Shown here piece by piece: positions 26,101 to 39,100 of a stretch of 64,000 nucleotides of DNA. The first letter of the stretch is position 1; every line of letters starts with the position of its first letter. The DNA lies in the NCBI RefSeq assembly GCF_009914755.1, contig NC_060935.1. One strand, 5' to 3'. Source of the DNA: the human T2T-CHM13v2.0 reference genome, Homo sapiens. Below the pieces are notes generated by a model. That model did not search any database, was not told the DNA's origin, and saw only the letters and a list, made by a program, of their open reading frames with translations. The position numbers and the translations under genes are program-made.

Positions 26101-29100
26101 TTCACATCAAACCTAGACAGAAGCATTCTCAGAATGTTTCCTGTGATGACTGCATTCAACTCACAGAGGTGAACAATCCTGTTGATGGAGCAGTTTTGAA
26201 ACTCTCTTTCTTTGGATTCTGCATGTGGATATGTGGACCTCTGTGAAGATTTCGTTGGAAACGGGTTCATCTTCACAGAAAAACTAAACAGGAGCATTCT
26301 CAGAAACTGCTTTGTGATGTTTGTGTTCCACTTCAGGAATTGAACTTTCCTCTTGACAGTGCAGCTCTGAAACCCTCTTTTTCTAGAATCTGCAAGTGGA
26401 CATTTGGAGGGCTTTGAGGCCTGTGGTGGAAAAGGAAAATCTTCACATAAAAACTAGATGGAAGCATTCTCAGAAACTACTTTGTGATGATTGCATTCGA
26501 TTCACAGAGTTGAACATTCCTATAGATAGAGCAGGTTGTAAACAATCTTTTTGTAGAATCTGCGATTGGAGATTTGGACTGCTTTGAGGCCTACTGTAGT
26601 AAAGGAAATAACTTCATCTAAAAACCAAACGGAAGCATTCACAGACAATTCTTAGTGATCATTGGATTGAACTAACAGAGCTGAACATTCCTTTAGATGG
26701 AGCAGTTTCCAAACACACTTTCTGTAGAATCTGCAAGGGGATATTTGGACCTCTCTGAGGATTTCGTTGGAAACGGGATAAACTTCCCAGAACTACACGG
26801 AAGCATTCTGAGAAACTTCTTTGTGATATTTGCATTCAACTCACAGAGTTGAACCTTGCTTTCATAGTTCAGCTTTCAAACACTCTTTTTGTAGAATCTG
26901 CAAGTGGATATTTGGACCACTTTGTGGCCTTCCTTCGAAACGGGAATATCTTCACATCAAACCTAGACAGAAGCATTCTCAGAATGTTTCCTGTGATGAC
27001 TGCATTCAACTCACAGATGTGAACAATCCTGCTGATGGAGCAGTTTTGAAACTCTCTTTCTTTGGATTCTGCAAGTGGATATGTGGACCTCTGTGAAGAT
27101 TTCGTTGGAAACGGGTTCATCTTCACAGAAAAACTAAACAGGAGCATTCTCAGAAACTGCTTTGTGATGTTTGTGTTCCACTTCAGGAATTGAACTTTCC
27201 TCTTGACAGAGCAGCTCTGAAACCCTCTTTTTCTAGAATCTGCAAGTGGACATTTGGAGGGCTTTGAGGCCTGTGGTGGAAAAGGAAAATCTTCACATAA
27301 AAACTAGATGGAAGCATTCTCACAAACTACTTTGTGATGATTGCATTCGACTCACAGAGTTGAACATTCCTATAGATAGAGCAGGTTGTAAACAATCTTT
27401 TTGTAGAATCTGCGATTGGAGATTTGGACTGCTTTGAGGCCTACTGTAGTAAAGGAAATAACTTCATCTAAAAACCAAACGGAAGCATTCACAGACAATT
27501 CTTAGTGATCATTGGATTGAACTAACAGAGCTGAACATTCCTTTAGATGGCGCAGTTTCCAAACACACTTTCTGTAGAATCTGCCACTGGATATTTGGAC
27601 CTCTCTGAGGATTTCGTTGGAAATGGAATAAACATCCCAGAACTACACGGAAGCATTCTGAGAAACTTCTTTGTGATGTTTGCATTCAACTCACAGAGTT
27701 GAACCTTGCTTTCATAGTTCAGCTTTCAAACACTCTTTTTGTAGAATCTGCAAGTGGATATTTGGACCACTTTGTGGCCTTCCTTCGAAACGGGTATATC
27801 TTCACATCAAACCTAGACAGAAGCATTCTCAGAATGTTTCCTGTGATGACTGCATTCAACTCACAGAGGTGAACAATCCTGCTGATGGAGCAGTTTTGAA
27901 ACTCTCTTTCTTTGGATTCTGCAAGTGGATATGTGGACCTCTGTGAAGATTTCGTTGGAAACGGGTTCATCTTCACAGAAAAACTAAACAGGAGCATTCT
28001 CAGAAACTGCTTTGTGATGTTTGTGTTCCACTTCAGGAATTGAACTTTCCTCTTGACAGAGCAGCTCTGAAACCCTCTTTTTCTAGAATCTGAAAGTGGA
28101 CATTTGGAGGGCTTTGAGGCCTGTGGTGGAAAAGGAAAATCTTCACATAAAAACTAGATGGAAGCATTCTGAGAAACTACTTTGTGATGATTGCATTCGA
28201 CTCACAGAGTTGAACGTTCCTATAGATAGAGCAGGTTGTAAACAATCTTTTTGTAGAATATGCGATTGGAGATTTGGACTGCTTTGAGGTCTACTGTAGT
28301 AAAGGAAATAACTTCATCTAAAAACCAAACGGAAGCATTCACAGACAATTCTTAGTGATCATTGGATTGAACTAACAGAGCTGAACATTCCTTTAGATGG
28401 AGCAGTTTCCAAACACACTTTCTGTAGAATCTGCAAGTGGATATTTGGACCTCTCTGAGGATTTCGTTGGAAACGGGATAAACTTCCCAGAACTACACGG
28501 AAGCATTCTGAGAAACTTCTTTGTGATGTTTGCATTCAACTCACAGAGTTGAACCTTGCTTTCATAGTTCAGCTTTCAAACACTCTTTTTGTAGAATCTG
28601 CAAGTGGATATTTGGACCACTTTGTGGCCTTCCTTCGAAACGGGTATATCTTCACATCAAACCTAGACAGAAGCATTCTCAGAATGTTTCCTGTGATGAC
28701 TGCATTCAACTCACAGAGGTGAACAATCCTGCTGATGGAGCAGTTTTGAAACTCTCTTTCCTTGGATTCTGCAAGTGGATATGTGGACCTCTGTGAAGAT
28801 TTCGTTGGAAACGGGTTCATCTTCACAGAAAAACTAAACAGAAGCATTCTCAGAAACTGCTTTGTGATGTTTGTGTTCCACTTCAGGAATTGAACTTTCC
28901 TCTTGACAGAGCAGCTCTGAAACCCTCTTTTTCTAGAGTCTGCAAGTGGACATTTGGAGGGCTTTGAGGCCTGTGGTGGAAAAGGAAAATCTTCACATAA
29001 AAACTAGATGGAAGCATTCTCAGAAACTACTTTGTGATGATTGCATTCGACTCACAGAGTTGAACATTCCTATAGATAGAGCAGGTTGTAAAGAATCTGT

Positions 29101-30599
29101 TTGTAGAATCTGCGATTGGAGATTTGGACTGCTTTAAGGTCTACTGTAGTAAAGGAAATAACTTCATCTAAAAACCAAACGGAAGCATTCACAGACAATT
29201 CTTAGTGATCATTGGATTGAACTAACAGAGCTGAACATTCCTTTAGATGGAGCAGTTTCCAAACACACTTTCTGTAGAATCTGCAAGTGGATATTTGGAC
29301 CTCTCTGAGGATTTCGTTGGAAACGGGATAAACTTCCCAGAACTACACGGAAGCATTCTGAGAAACTTCTTTGTGATATTTGCATTCAACTCACAGAGTT
29401 GAACCTTGCTTTCATAGTTCAGCTTTCAAACACTCTTTTTGTAGAATCTGCAAGTGGATATTTGGACCACTTTGTGGCCTTCCTTCGAAACGGGTATATC
29501 TTCACATCAAACCTAGACAGAAGCATTCTCAGAATGTTTCCTGTGATGACTGCATTCAACTCACAGAGGTGAACAATCCTGCTGATGGAGCAGTTTTGAA
29601 ACTCTCTTTCTTTGGATTCTGCAAGTGGATATGTGGACCTCTGTGAAGATTTCGTTGGAAACGGGTTCATCTTCACAGAAAAACTAAACAGGAGCATTCT
29701 CAGAAACTGCTTTGTGATGTTTGTGTTCCACTTCAGGAATTGAACTTTCCTCTTGACAGAGCAGCTCTGAAACCCTCTTTTTCTAGAATCTGCAAGTGGA
29801 CATTTGGAGGGCTTTGAGGCCTGTGGTGGAAAAGGAAAATCTTCACATAAAAACTAGATGGAAGCATTCTGAGAAACTACTTTGTGATGATTGCATTCGA
29901 CTCACAGAGTTGAACGTTCCTATAGATAGAGCAGGTTGTAAACAATCTTTTTGTAGAATCTGCGATTGGAGATTTGGACTGCTTTGAGGCCTACTGTAGT
30001 AAAGGAAATAACTTCATCTAAAAACCAAACGGAAGCATTCACAGACAATTCTTAGTGATCATTGGATTGAACTAACAGAGCTGAACATTCCTTTAGATGG
30101 AGCAGTTTCCAAACACACTTTCTGTAGAATCTGCAAGTGGATATTTGGACCTCTCTGAGGATTTCGTTGGAAACGGGATAAACTTCCCAGAACTACACGG
30201 AAGCATTCTGAGAAACTTCTTTGTGATGTTTGCATTCAACTCACAGAGTTGAACCTTGCTTTCATAGTTCAGCTTTCAAACACTCTTTTTGTAGAATCTG
30301 CAAGTGGATATTTGGACCACTTTGTGGCCTTCCTTCGAAACGGGTATATCTTCACATCAAACCTAGACAGACGCATTCTCAGAATGTTTCCTGTGATGAC
30401 TGCATTCAACTCACAGATGTGAACAATCCTGCTGATGGAGCAGTTTTGAAACTCTCTTTCTTTGGATTCTGCAAGTGGATATGTGGACCTCTGTGAAGAT
30501 TTCGTTGGAAACGGGTTCATCTTCACAGAAAAACTAAACAGGAGCATTCTCAGAAACTGCTTTGTGATGTTTGTGTTCCACTTCAGGAATTGAACTTTC

Positions 30600-33500
30600 C
30601 TCTTGACAGAGCAGCTCTGAAACCCTCTTTTTCTAGAATCTGCAAGTGGACATTTGGAGGGCTTTGAGGCCTGTGGTGGAAAAGGAAAATCTTCACATAA
30701 AAACTAGATGGAAGCATTCTGAGAAACTACTTTGTGATGATTGCATTCGACTCACAGAGTTGAACGTTCCTATAGATAGAGCAGGTTGTAAACAATCTTT
30801 TTGTAGAATCTGCGATTGGAGATTTGGACTGCTTTGAGGCCTACTGTAGTAAAGGAAATAACTTCATCTAAAAACCAAACGGAAGCATTCACAGACAATT
30901 CTTAGTGATCATTGGATTGAACTAACAGAGCTGAACATTCCTTTAGATGGAGCAGTTTCCAAACACACTTTCTGTAGAATCTGCAAGTGGATATTTGGAC
31001 CTCTCTGAGGATTTCGTTGGAAACGGGATAAACTTCCCAGAACTACACGGAAGCATTCTGAGAAACTTCTTTGTGATGTTTGCATTCAACTCACAGAGTT
31101 GAACCTTGCTTTCATAGTTCAGCTTTCAAACACTCTTTTTGTAGAATCTGCAAGTGGATATTTGGACCACTTTGTGGCCTTCCTTCGAAACGGGTATATC
31201 TTCACATCAAACCTAGACAGACGCATTCTCAGAATGTTTCCTGTGATGGCTGCATTCAACTCACAGAGGTGAACAATCCTGTTGATGGAGCAGTTTTGAA
31301 ACTCTCTTTCTTTAGATTCTGCATGTGGATATGTGGACCTCTGTGAAGATTTCGTTGGAAACGGGTTCATCTTCACAGAAAAACTAAACAGGAGCATTCT
31401 CAGAAACTGCTTTGTGATGTTTGTGTTCCACTTCAGCAATTGAACTTTCCTCTTGACAGAGTAGCTCTGAAACCCTCTTTTTCTAGAATCTGCAAGTGGA
31501 CATTTGGAGGGCTTTGAGGCCTGTGGTGGAAAAGGAAAATCTTCACATAAAAACTAGATGGAAGCATTCTCAGAAACTACTTTGTGATGATTGCATTCGA
31601 CTCACAGAGTTGAACATTCCTATAGATAGAGCAGGTTGTAAACAATCTTTTTGTAGAATCTGCGATTGGAGATTTGGACTGCTTTGAGGCCTACTGTAGT
31701 AAAGGAAATAACTTCATCTAAAAACCAAACGGAAGCATTCACAGACAATTCTTAGTGATCATTTGATTGAACTAACCGAGCTGAACATTCCTTTAGATGG
31801 AGCAGTTTCCAAACACACTTTCTGTAGAATCTGCAAGTGGACATTTGGACCTCTCTGAGGGTTTCGTTGGAAACGGGATAAACTTCCCAGAACTACACGG
31901 AAGCATTCTGAGAAAATTCTTTGTGATGTTTGCATTCAACTCACAGAGTTGAACCTTGCTTTCATAGTTCAGCTTTCAAACACTCTTTTTGTAGAATCTG
32001 CAAGTAGATATTTGGACCACTTTGTGGCCTTCCTTCGAAACGGGTATATCTTCACATCAAACCTAGACAGAAGCATTCTCAGAATGTTTCCTGTGATGAC
32101 TGCATTCAACTCACAGAGGTGAACAATCCTGTTGATGGAGCAGTTTTGAAACTCTCTTTCTTTGGATTCTGCATGTGGATATGTGGACCTCTGTGAAGAT
32201 TTCGTTGGAAACGGGTTCATCTTCACAGAAAAACTAAACAGGAGCATTCTCAGAAACTGCTCTGTGATGTTTGTGTTCCACTTCAGGAATTGAACTTTCC
32301 TCTTGACAGAGTAGCTCTGAAACCCTCTTTTTCTAGAATCTGCAAGTGGACATTTGGAGGGCTTTGAGGCCTGTGGTGGAAAAGGAAAATCTTCACATAA
32401 ATACTAGATGGAAGCATTCTCAGAAACTACTTTGTGATGATTGCATTCGACTCACAGAGTTGAACATTCGTATAGATAGAGCAGGTTGTAAACAATCTTT
32501 TTGTAGAATCTGCGATTGGAGATTTGGACTGCTTTGAGGCCTAGTGTAGTAAAGGAAATAACTTCATCTAAAAACCAAACGGAAGCATTCACAGACAATT
32601 CTTAGTGATCATTTGATTGAACTAACCGAGCTGAACATTCCTTTAGATGGAGCAGTTTCCAAACACACTTTCTGTAGAATCTGTAAGTGGACATTTGGAC
32701 CTCTCTGAGGGTTTCGTTGGAAACGGGATAAAATTCCCAGAACTACACGGAAGCATTCTGAGAAAATTCTTGGTGATGTTTGCATTCAACTCACAGAGTT
32801 GAACCTTGCTTTCATAGTTCAGCTTTCAAACACTCTTTTTGTAGAATCTGCAAGTGGATATTTGGACCACTTTGTGGCCTTCCTTCGAAACGGGTATATC
32901 TTCACATCAAACCTAGACAGAAGCATTCTCAGAATGTTTCCTGTGATGACTGCATTCAACTCACAGAGGTGAACAATCCTGTTGATGGAGCAGTTTTGAA
33001 ACTCTCTTTCTTTGGATTCTGCAAGTGGATATGTGGACCTCTGTGAAGATTTCGTTGGAAACGGGTTCATCTTCACAGAAAAACTAAACAGGAGCATTCT
33101 CAGAAACTGCTTTGTGATGTTTCTGTTCCACTTCAAGAATTGAACTTTCCTCTTGACAGAGCAGCTCTGAAACCCTCTTTTTCTAGAATCTGCAAGTGGA
33201 CATTTGGAGGGCTTTGAGGCCTGTGGTGGAAAAGGAAAATCTTCACATAAAAACTAGATGGAAGCATTCTCAGAAACTACTTTGTGATGATTGCATTCGA
33301 CTCACAGAGTTGAACATTCCTATAGATAGAGCAGGTTATAAACAATCTTTTTGTAGAATCTGCGATTGGAGATTTGGACTGCTTTGAGGCCTACTGTAGT
33401 AAAGGAAATAACTTCATTTAAAAACCAAACGGAAGCATTCACAGACAATTCTTAGTGATCATTGGATTGAACTAACAGAGCTGAACATTCCTTTAGATGG

Positions 33501-36500
33501 CGCAGTTTCCAAACACACTTTCTGTAGAATCTGCAAGTGGATATTTGGACCTCTCTGAGGATTTCGTTGGAAACGGGATAAACTTCCCAGAACTACACGG
33601 AAGCATTCTGAGAAACTTCTTTGTGATGTTTGCATTCAACTCACAGAGTTGAACCTTGCTTTCATAGTTCAGCTTTCAAACACTCTTTTTGTAGAATCTG
33701 CAAGTAGATATTTGGACCACTTTGTGGCCTTCCTTCGAAACGGGTATATCTTCACATCAAACCTAGACAGAAGCATTCTCAGAATGTTTCCTGTGATGAC
33801 TGCATTCAACTCACAGAGGTGAACAATCCTGTTGATGGAGCAGTTTTGAAACTCTCTTTCTTTGGATTCTGCATGTGGATATGTGGACCTCTGTGAAGAT
33901 TTCGTTGGAAACGGGTTCATCTTCACAGAAAAACTAAACAGGAGCATTCTCAGAAACTGCTTTGTGATGTTTGTGTTCCACTTCAGGAATTGAACTTTCC
34001 TCTTGACAGAGCAGCTCTGAAACCCTCTTTTTCTAGAATCTGCAAGTGGACATTTGGAGGGCTTTGAGGCCTGTGGTGGAAAAGGAAAATCTTCACATAA
34101 AAACTAGATGGAAGCATTCTCAGAAACTACTTTGTGATGATTGCATTCGACTCACAGAGTTGAACATTCCTATAGATAGAGCAGGTTGTAAACAATCTTT
34201 TTGTAGAATCTGCGATTGGACATTTGGAATGATTTGAGGCCTACTGTAGTAAAGGAAATAACTTCATCTAAAAACCAAACGGAAGAATTCACAGACAATT
34301 TTTAGTGATCATTTGATTGAACAAACCGAGCTGAACATTCCTTTAGATGGAGCAGTTTCCAAACACACTTTCTGTAGAATCTGCAAGTGGACATTTGGAC
34401 CTCTCTGAGGGTTTCGTTGGAAACGGGATAAACTTCCCAGAACTACACGGAAGCATTCTGAGAAAATTCTTTGTGATGTTTGCATTCAACTCACAGAGTT
34501 GAACCTTGCTTTCACTAATTCAGCTTTCAAACACTCTTTTTGTAGAATCTGCAAGTGGATATTTGGACCACTTTTTGGCCTTCCTTCGAAACGGGTATAT
34601 CTTCACATCAAACCTAGACAGAAGCATTCTCAGAATGTTTCCTGTGATGACTGCATTCAACTCACAGAGGTGAACAATCCTGTTGATGGAGCAGTTTTGA
34701 AACTCTCTTTCTTTGGATTCTGCAAGTGGATATGTGGACCTCTGTGAAGATTTCGTTGGAAACGGGTTCATCTTCACAGAAAAACTAAACAGGAGCATTC
34801 TCAGAAACTGCTTTGTGATGTTTGTGTTCCACTTCAAGAATTGAACTTTCCTCTTGACAGAGTAGCTCTGAAACCCTCTTTTTCTAGAATCTGCAAGTGG
34901 ACATTTGGAGGGCTTTGAGGCCTGTGGTGGAAAAGGAAAATCCTCACATAAAAACTAGATGGAAGCATTCTCAGAAACTACTTTGTGATGATTGCATTCG
35001 ACTCACAGAGTTGAACATTCCTATAGATAGAGCAGGTTGTAAACAATCTTTTTGTAGAATCTGCGATTGGAGATTTGGACTGCTTTGAGGCCTACTGTAG
35101 TAAAGGAAATAACTTCATCTAAAAACCAAACGGAAGCATTCACAGACAATTCTTAGTGATCATTGGATTGAACTAACAGAGCTGAACATTCCTTTAGATG
35201 GAGCAGTTTCCAAACACACTTTCTGTAGAATCTGCAAGTGGACATTTGGACCTCTCTGAGGGTTTCGTTGGAAACGGGATAAACTTCCCAGAACTACACG
35301 GAAGCATTGTGAGAAACTTCTTTGTGATGTTTGCATTCAACTCACAGAGTTGAACCTTGCTTTCATAGTTCAGCTTTCAAACACTCTTTTTGTAGAATCT
35401 GCAAGTGGATATTTGGACCACTTTGTGGCCTTCCTTCGAAACGGGTATATCTTCACATCAAACCTAGACAGAAGCATTCTCAGAATGTTTCCTGTGATGA
35501 CTGCATTCAACTCACAGAGGTGAACAATCCTGCTGATGGAGCAGTTTTGAAACTCTCTTTCCTTGGATTCTGCAAGTGGATATGTGGACCTCTGTGAAGA
35601 TTTCGTTGGAAACGGGTTCATCTTCACAGAAAAACTAAACAGACGCATTCTCAGAAACTGCTTTGTGATGTTTGTGTTCCACTTCAGGAATTGAACTTTC
35701 CTCTTGACAGAGCAGCTCTGAAACCCTCTTTTTCTAGAGTCTGCATGTGGACATTTGGAGGGCTTTGAGTCCTGTGGTGGAAAAGGAAAATCTTCACATA
35801 AAAACTAGATGGAAGCATTCTCAGAAACTACTTTGTGATGATTGCATTCGACTCACAGAGTTGAACATTCCTATAGATAGAGCAGGTTGTAAAGAATCTG
35901 TTTGTAGAATCTGCGATTGGAGATTTGCACTGCTTTGAGGCCTACTGTAGTAAAGGAAATAACTTCATCTAAAAACCAAACGGAAGCATTCACAGACAAT
36001 TCTTAGTGATCATTGGATTGAACTAACAGAGCTGAACATGCCTTTAGATGGAGCAGTTTCCAAACACACTTTCTGTAGAATCTGCAAGTGGATATTTGGA
36101 CCTCTCTGAGGATTTCGTTGGAAACGGGCTAAACTTCCCAGAACTACACGGAAGCATTCTGAGAAACTTCTTCGTGATGTTTGCATTCAACTCACAGAGT
36201 TGAACCTTGCTTTCATAGTTCAGCTTTCAAACCCTCTTTTTGTAGAATCTGCAAGTGGATATTTGGACCACTTTGTGGCCTTCCTTCGAAACGGGTATAT
36301 CTTCACATCAAACCTAGACAGAAGCATTCTCAGAATGTTTCCTGTGATGACTGCATTCAACTCACAGAGGTGAACAATCCTGTTGATGGAGCAGTTTTGA
36401 AACTCTCTTTCTTTGGATTCTGCAAGTGGATATGTGGACCTCTGTGAAGATTTCGTTGGAAACGGGTTCATCTTCACAGAAAAACTAAACAGGAGCATTC

Positions 36501-38900
36501 TCAGAAACTGCTTTGTGATGTTTGTGTTCCACGTCAGGAATTGAACATTCCTCTTGACAGAGCAGCTCTGAAACCCTCTTTTTCTAGAATCTGCAAGTGG
36601 ACATTTGGAGGGCTTTGAGTCCTGTGGTGGAAAAGGAAAATCTTCACATAAAAACTAGATGGAAGCATTCTCAGAAACTACTTTGTGATGATTGCATTCG
36701 ACTCACAGAGTTGAACATTCCTATAGATAGAGCAGGTTGTAAACAATCTTTTTTTAGAATCTGCGATTGGAGATTTGGACTGCTTTGAGGCCTACTGTAG
36801 TAAAGGAAATAACTTCATCTAAAAACCAAACGGAAGCATTCACAGCCAATTCTTAGAGATCATTGGATTGAACTAACGGAGCTGAACATTCCTTTAGATG
36901 GAGCAGTTTCCAAACACACTTTCTGTAGAATCTGCAAGTGGATATTTGGACCTCTCTGAGGATTTCGTTGGAAACGGGATAAACTTCCCAGAACTATACG
37001 GAAGCATTCTGAGAAACTTCTTTGTGATGTTTGCATTCAACTCACAGAGTTGAACCTTGCTTTCATAGTTCAGCTTTCAAACACTCTTTTTGTAGAATCT
37101 GCAAGTGGATATTTGGACCACTTTGTGGCCTTCCTTCGAAACGGGTATATCTTCACATCAAACCTAGACAGAAGCATTCTCAGAATGTTTCCTGTGATGA
37201 CTGCATTCAACTCACAGAGGTGAACAATCCTGCTGATGGAGCAGTTTTGAAACTCTCTTTCTTTGGATTCTGCAAGTGGATATGTGGACCTCTGTGAAGA
37301 TTTCGTTGGAAACGGGTTCATCTTCACAGAAAACCTAAACAGGAGCATTCTCAGAAACTGCTTTGTGATGTTTGTGTTCCACTTCAGGAATTGAACTTTC
37401 CTCTTGACAGAGCAGCTCTGAAACCCTCTTTTTCTAGAATCTGCAAGTGGACATTTGGAGGGCTTTGAGTCCTGTGGTGGAAAAGGAAAATCTTCACATA
37501 AAAACTAGATGGAAGCATTCTCAGAAACTACTTTGTGATGATTGCATTCGACTCACAGAGTTGAACATTCCTATAGATAGAGCAGGTTGTAAACAATCTT
37601 TTTGTAGAATCTGCGATTGGAGATTTGGACTGCTTTGAGGCCTACTGTAGTAAAGGAAATAACTTCATCTAAAAACCAAACGGAAGCATTCACAGCCAAT
37701 TCTTAGAGATCATTGGATTGAACTAACAGAGCTGAACATTCCTTTAGATGGAGCAGTTTCCAAACACACTTTCTGTAGAATCTGCAAGTGGATATTTGGA
37801 CCTCTCTGAGGATTTCGTTGGAAACGGGATAAAATTCCCAGAACTACACAGAAGCATTCTGAGAAACTTCTTTGTGATGTTTGCATTCAACTCACAGAGT
37901 TGAACCTTGCTTTCATAGTTCAGCTTTCAAACACTCTTTTTGTAGAATCTGCAAGTGGATATTTGGACCACTTTGTGGCCTTCCTTCGAAACGGGTATAT
38001 CTTCACATCAAACCTAGACAGAAGCATTCTCAGAATGTTTCCTGTGATGACTGCATTCAACTCACAGAGGTGAACAATCCTGCTGATGGAGCAGTTTTGA
38101 AACTCTCTTTCTTTGGATTCTGCAAGTGGATATGTGGACCTCTGTGAAGATTTCGTTGGAAACGGGTTCATCTTCACAGAAAAACTAAACAGGAGCATTC
38201 TCAGAAACTGCTTTGTGAGGTTTGTGTTCCACTTCAAGAATTGAACTTTCCTCTTGACAGAGCAGCTCTGAAACCCTCTTTTTCTAGAATCTGCAAGTGG
38301 ACATTAGGAGGGCTTTGAGGCCTGTGGTGGAAAAGGAAAATCTTCACATAAAAACTAGATGGAAGCATTCTCAGAAACTACTTTGTGATGATTGCATTCG
38401 ACTCACAGAGTTGAACATTCCTATAGATAGAGCAGGTTGTAAACAATCTTTTTGTAGAATCTGCGATTGCAGGTTTGGACTGCTTTGAGGCCTACTGTAG
38501 TAAAGGAAATAACTTCATCTAAAAACCAAACGGAAGCATTCACAGACAATTCTTAGTGATCATTGGATTGAACTAACAGAGCTGAACATTCCTTTAGATG
38601 GCGCAGATTCCAAACACACTTTCTTTAGAATCTGCAAGTGGATATTTGGACCTCTCTGAGGATTTCGTTGGAAAAGGGATAAACTTCCCAGAACTACACG
38701 GAAGCATTCTGAGAAACTTCTTTGTGATGTTTGCATTCAACTCACAGAGTTGAACCTTGCTTTCATAGTTCAGCTTTCAAATACTCTTTTTGTAGAACCT
38801 GCAAGTGGATATTTGGACCACTTTGTGGCCTTCCTTCGAAACGGGTATATCTTCACATCAAACCTAGACAGAAGCATTCTCAGAATGTTTCCTCTGATGA
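30600..38900 (+). repeat. Block duplicate (HOR37-46) of 11049-19350 (HOR14-23), offset 19,551 bp = 23 HORs
   Basis: Same ordered variant series: TTCTGTTCCA (~13571/33121), GGTTATAAAC, C insertion 14964/34515, GATTTGCACT, CGTCAGG, ACAGCCAATT, CATTAGGAGG. Confidence 0.92.
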
Positions 38901-39100
38901 CTGCATTCAACTCACAGAGGTGAACAATAATGTTGATGGAGCAGTTTTGAAACTCTCTTTCTTTGGATTCTGCAAGTGGATATGTGGACCTCTGTGAAGA
39001 TTTCGTTGGAAACGGGTTCATCTTCACAGAAAAACTATACAGAAGCATTCTCAGAAACTGCTTTGTGATGTTTGTGTTCCACTTCAAGAATTGAACTTTC

